Below, in pieces: positions 36,700-45,794 of a DNA stretch of 64,000 nt. Below the pieces are notes generated by a model, which had not been told where the DNA came from, searched no databases, and saw only the letters and a program-made list of their open reading frames with translations. Numbering within the stretch: position 1 is the first letter of the stretch; every line of letters starts with the position of its first letter. A program made the translations under genes and the position numbers. This stretch comes from a bacterium (lineage in GTDB: Bacteria > Sysuimicrobiota > Sysuimicrobiia > Sysuimicrobiales > Segetimicrobiaceae), in assembly GCA_035691305.1 (NCBI GenBank), contig DASSJF010000038.1, positions 3,312-67,311 of the forward strand. The letters run 5' to 3'.

Positions 36700-38006
36700 T
36701 CGTCCACCCCGCGGGCGGTCACCGCGAGGACGTGCGCCGGAAAGTCCTCATACCGCCCGAGCCGCTCGACGACCGGACGGACCGCGGCCAGCCCGCGCGC
36801 GTCCAGGGCGGCCACCGAAGTCGCCTTGAGGTAGCTCATCACGGTCACCCCCGAAGCGACCCGGGCGAACCCGGACGTGGGCAGCGCGGCGGGGACGCCG
36901 ATGGCGTAGTTGCCGGCCGAGAACGGCGTGTCTTGTCCGAGCAGCACTTCGCCGGCGTGCCGGATGGTGCCCAGGGTCCCGAGCGGATCGCGCGTCGCGA
37001 TCTGCAGATGCTCGGGCGCGTACAGATTGACGAACGCGATCGCTTCTTCCATCGACCGGGCCAGAATCGCGCCGCCGTAGCCGCGCAGCGCCGCCTCCGC
37101 GAAGGCGCGGCGGCGCGCCGGAATCCGCGCGAGATACCGCGGCAGACGCTCCTGGACATCGTCGATCAGCGCTTCGGAGACCGTCACGAGAACGGCCGCG
37201 GAGTCCGTGCCGTGTTCCGCTTCGTTCAAGAGGTCGAGCGCGAGCCGGTCCGCGTCCGCCGTCTCGTCGGCGAGGATCATCGACTCGGTCGGCCCGAGCA
37301 CCGACAGGAGGCGGACGCCTCGGGACTGCACGGCGATCTGCGCGGCGGTCACGTAGGGGTTGCCGGGACCGCCGAGGACCCGGACGCGCGGCAGGGTGGC
37401 GGTGCCCGACGCCAGCCCCGCGATGCCGGCCACGCCGTTGCACCGGTAGACCCGCGGAACGCCGAGCATGTCCGCGGCGACCAAGATCGCCGGGTCGACG
37501 CTGCCGTCGGGCCGCGGCGGGACGACGACGGCGATCTCCTCCACCCCGGCGACGACCGCCGGCGTGACGAGGGTCACGAGCGTCGAGGGAAACGTGCCCT
37601 TCCCGCTCGGAACGTACACGCCCGCGGCGTCGATCGGCGTCCACTTCACGCCGGCCGTGATGCCCGGCTCCAACTCGTCGAGCGTGAGACCGGCGGGACG
37701 CAGGCGTTCGTTGTAGCGCCGCGCGCGCGCGATCGACGCGGCGAGCGCGGTGCGCAGCCCGTCGTCGATCTCATCGTACGCCTTCCGCACCTCCGTCCGC
37801 GCCACGGCGAGGCGCTCCGGCGTGAGGGTGACCTTGTCGTACTGCGCGGTGTAGTCCACGATCGCCGCGTCCCCGCGCCGCTCGACGTCGGCGATGATGC
37901 CGGCGACGTGCGCGACGCGCGCCGGGTCGAAGATCTCGGCGCTCGACCGCCGCAAAATTTGCTGCAGGCGGTCGGGCGGCGCATCGGCGAGACGGACGAC
38001 GTCCAC
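36696..38006 (-). CDS. hisD: Histidinol dehydrogenase.
   Basis: The C-terminal about 436 aa of ORF 36696..39188 carry HisD motifs. A GTG start (VDVVRLAD...) follows GGAGGGAG. An alternative GTG at 38024 gives a GTGA overlap with hisG. The Arg-rich N-extension was rejected. Confidence 0.85.
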   Translation of the reverse strand: MDVVRLADAPPDRLQQILRRSSAEIFDPARVAHVAGIIADVERRGDAAIVDYTAQYDKVTLTPERLAVARTEVRKAYDEIDDGLRTALAASIARARRYNERLRPAGLTLDELEPGITAGVKWTPIDAAGVYVPSGKGTFPSTLVTLVTPAVVAGVEEIAVVVPPRPDGSVDPAILVAADMLGVPRVYRCNGVAGIAGLASGTATLPRVRVLGGPGNPYVTAAQIAVQSRGVRLLSVLGPTESMILADETADADRLALDLLNEAEHGTDSAAVLVTVSEALIDDVQERLPRYLARIPARRRAFAEAALRGYGGAILARSMEEAIAFVNLYAPEHLQIATRDPLGTLGTIRHAGEVLLGQDTPFSAGNYAIGVPAALPTSGFARVASGVTVMSYLKATSVAALDARGLAAVRPVVERLGRYEDFPAHVLAVTARGVDE

Positions 38007-38020
38007 GGCGCTCCCTCCGT

Positions 38021-38659
38021 TCACACGATCGGCGGCGCGGCCACGGCCGACCGCACCCGCTCGATCACCGCGGCCACGGCCTCGGCGCGGCTGCGCAGGC
38101 TGATGCGGTTCACGACGAGCCGCGCGGTCGACTGAAACAGCTCCTCGACCTCGACGAGACCGTTCTCGCGCAGCGTCCGCCCGCTCATCACGAGATCCAT
38201 GATCCCGTCGGCCAGCCCGACGAGCGGTGCCAGCTCCACGGTGCCGTTCATCGGAATGATCTCCACCGGACGGCCCTGCGTCCAGAAGCGGCGCTCCGTC
38301 ACGCGCGGATACTTCGTCGCGATGCGCAGCGGCGACAGCCGCTCCCAGGTCGCGGCGAGCCGCCGCGGAAACGCCAGCACGCCGCGGCAGGTTCCGAACC
38401 CGAGGTCGACGAGCTCGTAGACGTCCCGGCCCTGCTCGAGCAGCACGTCCTTGCCGGCAATGCCGAGGTCGGCGGCGCCGTGCTCGACGTACGTCAGCAG
38501 GTCGACGGGCTTGGCGATCAGGCAGCGCAGGCCGGCCTCCGCCCCCTCCACGATCAGCCGCCGGCTGTCCCGCCAGGCCGCGCCGTCGAGGTAGCCCGCG
38601 GCGTCGAGGATGCGCATCGCCCCGTCCAACAGCCGGCCCGACGGCACGGCGACCGTCAC
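38021..38659 (-). CDS. hisG: ATP phosphoribosyltransferase, short form (needs HisZ).
   Basis: VTVAVPSGRLLDGAMRILDAAG... is about 212 aa. The start is uncertain (GTG, overlapping the hisZ 3' end by about 33 nt). The N-extension of ORF 38021..38974 was rejected. Confidence 0.75.
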   Translation of the reverse strand: MTVAVPSGRLLDGAMRILDAAGYLDGAAWRDSRRLIVEGAEAGLRCLIAKPVDLLTYVEHGAADLGIAGKDVLLEQGRDVYELVDLGFGTCRGVLAFPRRLAATWERLSPLRIATKYPRVTERRFWTQGRPVEIIPMNGTVELAPLVGLADGIMDLVMSGRTLRENGLVEVEELFQSTARLVVNRISLRSRAEAVAAVIERVRSAVAAPPIV

Positions 38660-38691
38660 GAGCGGCGCGTCGCCCGGCGTACGCCCGCGCG

Positions 38692-39987
38692 TCACGGCGC
38701 GGTTCCCCGCGCGGCGGCGCCGGGGTCCGCCACCACCTCGGCCGCCGGAACGACGTGCTCCGACGCGGCGCCCTCCCGGACGCGCGCGGTACCGCGCCCG
38801 ACGAGGACCGCGCGCGCGATCCCGCGGCGCGCCGCCTCCGCCGCAACCTGGTCCCACGGGCGTCCGAGCACTTCCAGCGCGACGGCGAACCCACGCGCGC
38901 GAAGCGCGCGCGCACACGCCGCCGCCTCGGCCGCGCACCCGGGCTCCGCGGCCAAGACGACATCCGGCAGCCACGCCTGGCCCGTTCCGCCGGGCGCATC
39001 GCCGTCTTCCGCGGCCAGCACGCGTTCGAGGCGGATCGCAAATCCCGTCGCCGGAAGCGGCACTCCGAACCGCTCCAGCAGCCGGTCGTAACGGCCGCCG
39101 CCCAGGAGCGGCGCGCCGAGCGAGACGGTGTGGCCCTCGAAGACGATGCCGGTGTAGTAGTCGAAGTCGCGGATGATGCTGAGGTCAAACGTCACGGCGT
39201 CCGCCACGCCGTGCGCGGCGAGCGCTTCGCCGAGACGCTCCAGGTCGCGCACGACGTCGCGGCCTTCGGGCGTGTGTACCAGGCGGCGCGCCTCCTCCAA
39301 GGCGCCCGCGCCGCGCAGCGCCGGCAGCGCCATGAGCGCGTCGAGCCGCGCCGCGGGCGCGCGGCGGCGCTCGAGCAGGTTGCGCAGGCCGACGAAGTCT
39401 TTCTGGTACAGGAGCTCCCGCACGCCGCCCGCGTCGTCGCCCGCGAGGTCGAGCCCCGCGAGCACGCCCTGCAGAAAACCGACGTGACCGAGACTCAGCG
39501 AGAAGTCGGACGCGCCCGCGGCGCGCAGCGCGCCGACCGCCAGCGCGACGATCTCCGCGTCCGCCTCCACGCTCTGGGAGCCGATCAGCTCGCACCCGGC
39601 CTGCGGAAACTCGCGCAGCCGCGCGGCGCCGGTTTCGCGTCCGCGGAACACCCAGCCGGCGTAGGCGGCGCGCAGCGGCGCCGGCTCGTCCCGCAGGCGG
39701 GTCGCGACGAGCCGCGCGACCGGCGTCGTCATCTCCGGACGCAGCGCCAGCAGCTCGCCGCCGCGGTCGACCAGCTTGAACAGCCGGTCCGCGGCGTCGG
39801 CGCCCTCGCCCCGCACCAGGACGTCAAGGTACTCGAGCGTCGGCGTGACGACCTCACGGTACCCCCAGCGGGCGGCCTCCGCGAGCACGCCGGCCGTCGC
39901 CGCCCGAAGACGCGCGGCCTGCCGCGGCAGCCAGTCGCGGGTGCCGGAGGGGATCAGCTGCCAGCGCTCTCGCGGATCGCGGTGCAA
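38692..39987 (-). CDS. hisZ: ATP phosphoribosyltransferase regulatory subunit HisZ (HisRS paralogue).
   Basis: 431 aa, class II aaRS-like core without an anticodon-binding domain, sitting in front of short-form hisG. A TTG start follows GAGGTAAAG, with an AT-rich promoter-like stretch upstream. Confidence 0.8.
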   Translation of the reverse strand: MHRDPRERWQLIPSGTRDWLPRQAARLRAATAGVLAEAARWGYREVVTPTLEYLDVLVRGEGADAADRLFKLVDRGGELLALRPEMTTPVARLVATRLRDEPAPLRAAYAGWVFRGRETGAARLREFPQAGCELIGSQSVEADAEIVALAVGALRAAGASDFSLSLGHVGFLQGVLAGLDLAGDDAGGVRELLYQKDFVGLRNLLERRRAPAARLDALMALPALRGAGALEEARRLVHTPEGRDVVRDLERLGEALAAHGVADAVTFDLSIIRDFDYYTGIVFEGHTVSLGAPLLGGGRYDRLLERFGVPLPATGFAIRLERVLAAEDGDAPGGTGQAWLPDVVLAAEPGCAAEAAACARALRARGFAVALEVLGRPWDQVAAEAARRGIARAVLVGRGTARVREGAASEHVVPAAEVVADPGAAARGTAP

Positions 39988-40069
39988 CGGGTACTTTACC
40001 TCGATAAAGTGATAGAGTGTTGAAGCACCCGGCTATCCTACCATGGGCGCCGGGGACCGTCAACGGCGG

Positions 40070-40642
40070 CTAGAACCGGTCGCGGGCCTCCAACTCGCGG
40101 GCCAGGCGGGCGCGGTCGGCCGCGTCCGCGCCGGCCGGCTCGTCCCCCGCGGGAAGGGCGGGCGGCGCTGGCACGGCGGCCCGGGTGCCGGAGCGCGGCG
40201 CGCCCGCTCGGGCCGTCCAGCGACGGATAAGGAGCAGCGCGAGCCCCAACCCGCCGGCGAGCCCGGCGGCCGGACCCGCGTAGAGCAGCAGCGAGAACCC
40301 GCGCCGCGGCGGCTCGGCGAGCACGCTCTCCCCAAACTGGCCCACGAAAAAGCTCAATATCTGGGCCGGGGTCTCGCCGGCCTGAAGCTTGGCGCGGATG
40401 ACGTCGCGCATCTCCCGCGCGACCGCGGAATCGCTCTCTGCGACGGTCTGCCCCACGCAGACAGGACACATCAGCTGGCGCGCGACGGCGTAGACGCGGT
40501 CGTCGAGGGTGTCGGCGCGCGCGGCGGCCGGACGCCACGACGCCGCGGTCGCGGCCGCGAGCAGCACGAACGCGGCGGCAATTACATGGCGGCCGGCCGC
40601 GGGCCGGCCGGCACGAATCGCTCCCGCCTTACGCGCCGTCAC
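40070..40642 (-). CDS. ccmH: CcmH/CycL/NrfF-like cytochrome c biogenesis protein (lone copy).
   Basis: An N-terminal signal/TM segment, LMCPVCVGQTVAESDSAVAREMRDVIRAKLQAGETPAQILSFFVGQFGESVLAEPP (CcmH CxxC thiol-disulfide motif and fold), then a second TM helix. Confidence 0.55.
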   Translation of the reverse strand: MTARKAGAIRAGRPAAGRHVIAAAFVLLAAATAASWRPAAARADTLDDRVYAVARQLMCPVCVGQTVAESDSAVAREMRDVIRAKLQAGETPAQILSFFVGQFGESVLAEPPRRGFSLLLYAGPAAGLAGGLGLALLLIRRWTARAGAPRSGTRAAVPAPPALPAGDEPAGADAADRARLARELEARDRF

Positions 40643-40961
40643 GAGCGGTGCGGGGCCGCCGCCGAAGCCGGTCGAGGACGAGGGCGTATCCGTCCGCCCC
40701 GTAGGTCAGGAACCGCCGAACGCGGCTGATCGTCGCCGACGACGCCCCGGTGCGCTCCGCGATCTGCTGGTAGGTCCGTCCATCGGCCAGCATCCGCGCC
40801 ACCGCGAAGCGCTGGGCGAGCGCCTTCAATTCGCCGATCGTGCAGAGGTCCTCAAAGAACCGGTAGCATTCGTCGACGCTGCGCAGCCGCAGCACCGCGC
40901 GGAAGAGCGCGTCGGTCTCCGGCTCCCGCAGTTTCGGATTGACCACGGCGCGGCTGTTCAC
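40629..40961 (-). CDS. TrpR-like YerC/YecD family regulator (HisR-type candidate his operon repressor).
   Basis: 110 aa. ...CYRFFEDLCTIGELKALAQRFAVARMLADGRTYQQIAERTGASSATISRVRR is the YerC/YecD signature. Its 3' end overlaps ccmH by 14 nt. Confidence 0.65.
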   Translation of the reverse strand: MNSRAVVNPKLREPETDALFRAVLRLRSVDECYRFFEDLCTIGELKALAQRFAVARMLADGRTYQQIAERTGASSATISRVRRFLTYGADGYALVLDRLRRRPRTARDGA

Positions 40962-41018
40962 GGCGGCGGTCCTCCCATTCTCTGCTACGCTGACGCGTGA
41001 AACCGCCGCGCAGTTCGG

Positions 41019-41939
41019 TCAGAGCCAGCGCTCCACCTCCTCCGCCTCGCCCTCGAGCCCCAGATCGCGCAGTGCCGCCGACGCGGCGGCCACGTCGTCG
41101 ACCGCCTCCGGGCGCCCGACCGCGAGGGCCGCGCGCGCGCGCGCTTTGGCGATCCGGGCGGCAAGATAGCGGTTCTCGGGGGGCGCCGCGCGCTCGGCCT
41201 GCCGGAGCAGCTCCTCCGCCCGGTCGACCGCGGACGATCGTGGATGCGCGCCCTCGACGAGCGCCGTCGCGACGTCGGCCCGGAACGCCGCGAGGCCCTC
41301 CGCGTCGCCCGCCGGCCAGCCGGCCAGGGCCGCCGCGGCGAGACGGTCCGCCTCCCGCAGCAGCCCGCGCGCTTCCGCCGCCGCGGAGGCGGAGCGGACG
41401 CCGTCCCCCGAGGGCCGCGTCCGCAGCGCGGCGAGCCGTCGAAGCAGGAGCGATTTTGTCGCCCGCGCGTGCGCCACCGCGTCGCCGGCGTGGAAGCGCT
41501 TCGCGAGCGCGAGGGTACGGTCGCACGCCGCGATCCCGTCCTCCGCGGCGCGCCCGGCCTCGGCGCCCGTCGTCAGGTCGGCCAGGTCGCGGTACGCGTC
41601 CTCGAGATAGGCGCGCAGCGGAACCGCGGCCGCTTCACCGGATTCCCGGCGCACGACGTTGAGCAGTTCCTGCGCCAGCACGACCGCGCGGCGCGCGTCC
41701 TCGGGGCGGCGGCGGAGACGTAGCGCGAGCGACAAGCCGATCAGTACGCCTTCGACGTCCGCGGCGCCGGTCTCCCCGCCGGGGCCGGCGGTCTCCGGAT
41801 CCGCGCGGCGCAGCAGGCGCTCGGCCTCCTCGAACGCGGCGACCGCCTCGGACAGATGCCGCGCGCCCTCCGCGAAAAAGGCGCGGAGCGCGCGCCAGCC
41901 CTCCGCGGCGCGCGTGCGTCCCGTGGGCCGCGCGTCCAC
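41019..41939 (-). CDS. Hypothetical Ala/Arg/Glu-rich alpha-helical repeat protein.
   Basis: The C-terminal about 300 aa of ORF 41019..42575 have protein-like helical composition. The N-terminal 210 aa are Arg-rich frame artefact overlapping the next gene. The start (GTG?) is a guess. Confidence 0.3.
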   Translation of the reverse strand: MDARPTGRTRAAEGWRALRAFFAEGARHLSEAVAAFEEAERLLRRADPETAGPGGETGAADVEGVLIGLSLALRLRRRPEDARRAVVLAQELLNVVRRESGEAAAVPLRAYLEDAYRDLADLTTGAEAGRAAEDGIAACDRTLALAKRFHAGDAVAHARATKSLLLRRLAALRTRPSGDGVRSASAAAEARGLLREADRLAAAALAGWPAGDAEGLAAFRADVATALVEGAHPRSSAVDRAEELLRQAERAAPPENRYLAARIAKARARAALAVGRPEAVDDVAAASAALRDLGLEGEAEEVERWL

Positions 41940-41950
41940 GAGCGGGGCCG

Positions 41951-42664
41951 TCAGGCCGCGGACGGGAGCGCCGCGTCGCCGGCAGGGCGCCGCCGGTCGA
42001 GAATCAACACGCCGACGACCAGCGCCGCGGCGGCGGTCAGCTCCAGCGCGGTCCATACGACGTTCGAGTAGAGCCGAAGCGCGTACAGCAGCCCGAAGGC
42101 GAGAAAGACGCTCTGAAACAAGATGGCTGCGACGAGGTACGCGCCGCCCCGCCCGCGCGCCGCCCCCAGCGCGGCGAGCGCCGTTGACGCGGTGTTGGCG
42201 GCGACGAACGCGAGTTGCTGGAGCAGCGACACACCGAAGGCCGACGCGGAGCTGATCGGCAGGGCGCGGGCCATCAGCGCCAGGTGGATGACTTGATACG
42301 CGCCGACCACCGCGAACCCGGCGCCGGCCGCGGCCCCGAACGCGTACGGCGCCCCGCCGCGCGACAGTCGCCACGCAAGCAGCGCCGCCGCAAGCGTGAA
42401 TACCTCGTTCACGGTCGCGGTCACGACCGCACCTGCGAGCCCCGGACCGAGCGTCATCGCGATCGCGTCGGGTCCCCAGCCGAACAGGGACGCCAATAGG
42501 AGCTGAATCGAGAAAACCAGGAAGACCGTCAGGGGGAAAGCGATACTGCCGGCCGCGAACGCGACAAGAAGCCAAGGCCGCAAGGACCTGGACCCGCCCA
42601 TCACGGCGACCGCCGCCGCCAGCCCGTACCCGAGCGCGAGCCCGGCGGCCGCGGGCATCACCAA
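41951..42664 (-). CDS. Hypothetical polytopic membrane protein (6-7 TM; possibly YhfC/CPBP-like).
   Basis: 237 aa, hydrophobic throughout, with no confident family assignment from sequence alone. Confidence 0.45.
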   Translation of the reverse strand: MVMPAAAGLALGYGLAAAVAVMGGSRSLRPWLLVAFAAGSIAFPLTVFLVFSIQLLLASLFGWGPDAIAMTLGPGLAGAVVTATVNEVFTLAAALLAWRLSRGGAPYAFGAAAGAGFAVVGAYQVIHLALMARALPISSASAFGVSLLQQLAFVAANTASTALAALGAARGRGGAYLVAAILFQSVFLAFGLLYALRLYSNVVWTALELTAAAALVVGVLILDRRRPAGDAALPSAA

Positions 42665-42813
42665 TGCGCGCTGTCTGAACGCACGACAGGGTTATTGTAG
42701 GCTCGGCACGCGCGCAAATGCAAGCAAGACGACGCGATCGTCACCCGGACGAGAGCGCCGGCGGTCGTACGGCGGGTTCCCCTACACGGCCCGGGGCCGC
42801 GGTCGGGTTTTGA

Positions 42814-43071
42814 TTACGCGGTTGCCGGCGCGCGGCCGCAGCGCTCGGGCTTGAGCACGCGCACCGTCGAGGCGGGATGCCGGGCCAACGCGGCCGCGGG
42901 CCGGATCGGGCGCGGAACGAGGCCGCCGCCGCAGTTCGGACACCGGCCGCGGAGAATCCTCTCCGCGCAGCCGCGGCAGAAGGTGCACTCGAAGGAACAG
43001 ATCATCGCGTCCGCCGCATCCGGCGGGAGATCTCGGTCGCAGCACTCGCAGTTGGGACGAATCTCCAACAT
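42814..43071 (-). CDS. DUF1272 zinc-finger domain protein.
   Basis: MLEIRPNCECCDRDLPPDAADAMICSFECTFCRGCAERILRGRCPNCGGGLVPRPIRP matches the DUF1272 Cys pattern. Confidence 0.6.
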   Translation of the reverse strand: MLEIRPNCECCDRDLPPDAADAMICSFECTFCRGCAERILRGRCPNCGGGLVPRPIRPAAALARHPASTVRVLKPERCGRAPATA

Positions 43072-43085
43072 CGCCCGCCTCGCCC

Positions 43086-44150
43086 TCAGGACAGCCGGGC
43101 CAGCACCGCGTCGGCCATCGCCGCGGTCCCGAGCGCCGGCCCGTTTCCGGCCATGTCGGCCGTGCGACAGCCGTCCGCGAGCGCCTGGACGACGGCGATC
43201 TCGATCGCCGACGCCGCGGCTTCGTGCTCGGCGCCGTAGCGCAGCAGCAGCGCGCCCGTCAGAATCGCCGCGAGCGGATTCGCGATCCCGCGGCCGGCGA
43301 TGTCCGGCGCCGTGCCGTGCACCGGCTCGAACAGGCCGGGCGCCGCATCGCCGAGGCTGGCCGACGGCATCAACCCGAGCGTGCCCATCACACCCGCGGC
43401 CTCATCGCTCAGGATGTCGCCGAACATGTTGTCCGTCACGATCACGTCGAACTGCTTCGGGTCGCGCACGAGCTGCATCGCGCAGTTGTCCACCAGCATA
43501 TGCTCGAGTGTCACGTCTGCGAACTCGCGCCCGACCTCCGCGGCCACTTCGCGCCACAACCGGGAGGTCTCGAGCACGTTGGCTTTGTCGACCGACGTGA
43601 CCTTGCGCCGCGGGCGTGTACGCGCGAACCGGCACGCCGCGCGGACGACCCGGCGCACCTCTCCCGCCGAATACGGCAGGGTGTCCTGCGCGGTGGCCGC
43701 CTCGCCTTCCCCGGTGCGCGACTGCGGCCCGAAGTAGAGGCCGCCGGTGAGCTCGCGCACGATCAGCATGTCCACGCCCTCGGCCAGCTCGCGCCGCAGA
43801 GGCGACGCGCCGACGAGCGGCCCGCGCACGACCGCGGGGCGGAGGTTGGCGTAGAGCCCGAACCGCCGGCGCAGCGTGAACAACGCCTGCTCCGGCCGAA
43901 GGTGCCGCGGCCCCTTGTCCCACTTTGGGCCGCCGCACGCGCCGAGGAGAATCGCGTTCGAGCGGGCGCACAGATTGACCGTTTCGTCCGGAATCGGATC
44001 GCCGGTCGCGTCGATCGCGGCGCCGCCGGCGATGCCCTGTTCGAACGAGAGCGAGATCTCGAACCGCCGCCCGGCCTCACGGAGGACCCGCACCGCCTGC
44101 GTGACCACCTCGGGGCCGATCCCGTCGCCGGGAACGACCGCGATCTGCAT
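43086..44150 (-). CDS. leuB: 3-isopropylmalate dehydrogenase.
   Basis: MQIAVVPGDGIGPEV... and the NLFGDILSDEAA-like motif NMFGDILSDEAAGVMGTLGLMPSASL. Confidence 0.9.
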   Translation of the reverse strand: MQIAVVPGDGIGPEVVTQAVRVLREAGRRFEISLSFEQGIAGGAAIDATGDPIPDETVNLCARSNAILLGACGGPKWDKGPRHLRPEQALFTLRRRFGLYANLRPAVVRGPLVGASPLRRELAEGVDMLIVRELTGGLYFGPQSRTGEGEAATAQDTLPYSAGEVRRVVRAACRFARTRPRRKVTSVDKANVLETSRLWREVAAEVGREFADVTLEHMLVDNCAMQLVRDPKQFDVIVTDNMFGDILSDEAAGVMGTLGLMPSASLGDAAPGLFEPVHGTAPDIAGRGIANPLAAILTGALLLRYGAEHEAAASAIEIAVVQALADGCRTADMAGNGPALGTAAMADAVLARLS

Positions 44151-44161
44151 GGCGCGCCCGC

Positions 44162-45790
44162 TCACGGGCGGACGCCCGGGCGCCCTGCCCCGGCCCCGGC
44201 GGGGACCGCGCGGCCTGCGACCTCCGCGCGCAGGAGCACGTACTCGAGGCTGTCGGCCAGCGCCTGCCAGGACGCTTCTACCACGTTTTCGGAGACGCCG
44301 ACGGTGCCCCAGGTGTTCGTCCCGTCGGTGGACTGGATCAGCACGCGCACGCGTGCGGCGGTCGCCGCGTCCGCGTTGAGCACGCGCACCTTGTAGTCAG
44401 TCAGGCGCACGCGCTGGATCGCCGGGTAGAAGCGCCCGAGCGCCTTCCGCAGCGCGCGGTCGAGCGCGTTCACCGGACCGTCGCCCTCCGCGGCGGTGTG
44501 CTCTTCCTGGCCCTCGACCGCGACCTTGATCGTGGCCTCCGCCGCGCTTGCGCCGCCGCCCCGCTTCTCGACCGTCACCCGCAGGCCGAGCAGGGTGAAC
44601 GAGGGCCGGTGCTGACCGAGGATCCGCCGCATGAGCAGCTCGAACGAGGCCTCCGCGGCCTCGAACTGGTATCCTTCGTGCTCCAGCCGCTTGAGCTCCG
44701 CCAGGATCCGGCGGACCTCCGGCCGGTCGCGCGAGAGGTCGATGCCCATCTCCTGCGCTTTGTACATGACGTTGGCGCGCCCCGAGAGATCGCTCACCAC
44801 GACGCGACGCGCGTTGCCCACCGCCTCCGGCGCGATGTGCTCGTAGGTCGGCGGGTGGGCCATCACGGCGCTGACGTGCACGCCGCCCTTGTGCGCGAAC
44901 GCGTTCTGTCCGACGAACGGCTGGTACTCGTCCGGGGTGAGGTTGGCCAGCTCGGCGACGTAGCGCGACACCTCGCCGAGCCGCACGAGGTGCTCCCCCG
45001 GCAGGCAGCGGTAGCCCATCTTCAGCTGGAGGTTCGGAATAATGGAGACGAGGTTCGCGTTGCCGCAGCGCTCGCCGATCCCGTTGATCGTGCCTTGGAC
45101 GTGCACGCAGCCGGCCTCGACCGCGACCAGCGTGTTCGCCACGCCGAGCTCACCGTCGTTGTGCGTGTGGATGCCGAGCGGCCCCGCGACCGTCCCGCGC
45201 GCCGCCTCGACGCCCTTGCGGATTTCGTGCGGGAGGCAGCCGCCGTTCGTGTCGCAGAGCGCGACGACCGATGCGCCGGCGCGCTCCGCCGCGCGGAGGG
45301 TGGCGAGCGCGTAGTCCGGGTTGGCCTTCCAGCCGTCGAAGAAGTGCTCGGCGTCGTAGACGACCTCGAGGCCGCGCGACCGCAGGTAGCGGACCGAATC
45401 CTCGATCATGGCCAGGTTCTCGTCGAGGGTCGTGTGAAGCGCTTCGCGCACGTGCAGATCCCAGGATTTGCCGAAGAGCGCCGCGGCCGGTGTGGCCGCG
45501 GCGAGGATCAGGTTGAGGTTCTCGTCGTCTTGGGCCGGGATCCCGGGCCGCCGGGTGCTGCCGAACGCGGTGAGACGGGCGTGACGCCACGTCCGGCCGC
45601 GGGCCCGCTCGAAGAACTCCATGTCCTTCGGATTGCTGCCGGGCCAGCCCCCTTCAACATAGTCGAGGCCGAACGCGTCGAGGTACTCCGCGATCCGCAA
45701 CTTGTCGTCGGCGGACAACGTGATGCCCGCCCCCTGGGTGCCGTCCCGGAGGGTCGTGTCGTAGAGCGCGATGCGCCCGCCGTTCGGCAT
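44162..45790 (-). CDS. cimA: (R)-citramalate synthase (LeuA-related, TIGR00977-like).
   Basis: IALYDTTLRDGTQGAGITLSADDKLRIAEYLDAFGLDYVEGGWPGSNPKDMEFF is the citramalate-synthase-type N-terminus. About 540 aa with a LeuA_dimer C-terminus. Confidence 0.7.
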   Translation of the reverse strand: MPNGGRIALYDTTLRDGTQGAGITLSADDKLRIAEYLDAFGLDYVEGGWPGSNPKDMEFFERARGRTWRHARLTAFGSTRRPGIPAQDDENLNLILAAATPAAALFGKSWDLHVREALHTTLDENLAMIEDSVRYLRSRGLEVVYDAEHFFDGWKANPDYALATLRAAERAGASVVALCDTNGGCLPHEIRKGVEAARGTVAGPLGIHTHNDGELGVANTLVAVEAGCVHVQGTINGIGERCGNANLVSIIPNLQLKMGYRCLPGEHLVRLGEVSRYVAELANLTPDEYQPFVGQNAFAHKGGVHVSAVMAHPPTYEHIAPEAVGNARRVVVSDLSGRANVMYKAQEMGIDLSRDRPEVRRILAELKRLEHEGYQFEAAEASFELLMRRILGQHRPSFTLLGLRVTVEKRGGGASAAEATIKVAVEGQEEHTAAEGDGPVNALDRALRKALGRFYPAIQRVRLTDYKVRVLNADAATAARVRVLIQSTDGTNTWGTVGVSENVVEASWQALADSLEYVLLRAEVAGRAVPAGAGAGRPGVRP

Positions 45791-45794
45791 TCGT

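Noticed and set aside
41019-42575. 518-aa ORF taken at face value as one protein.
   Set aside because: Its N-terminal 210 aa are extreme Arg-rich and overlap a convincing hydrophobic membrane-protein ORF (41951..42664) on the same strand. Only the C-terminal about 300 aa look protein-like.
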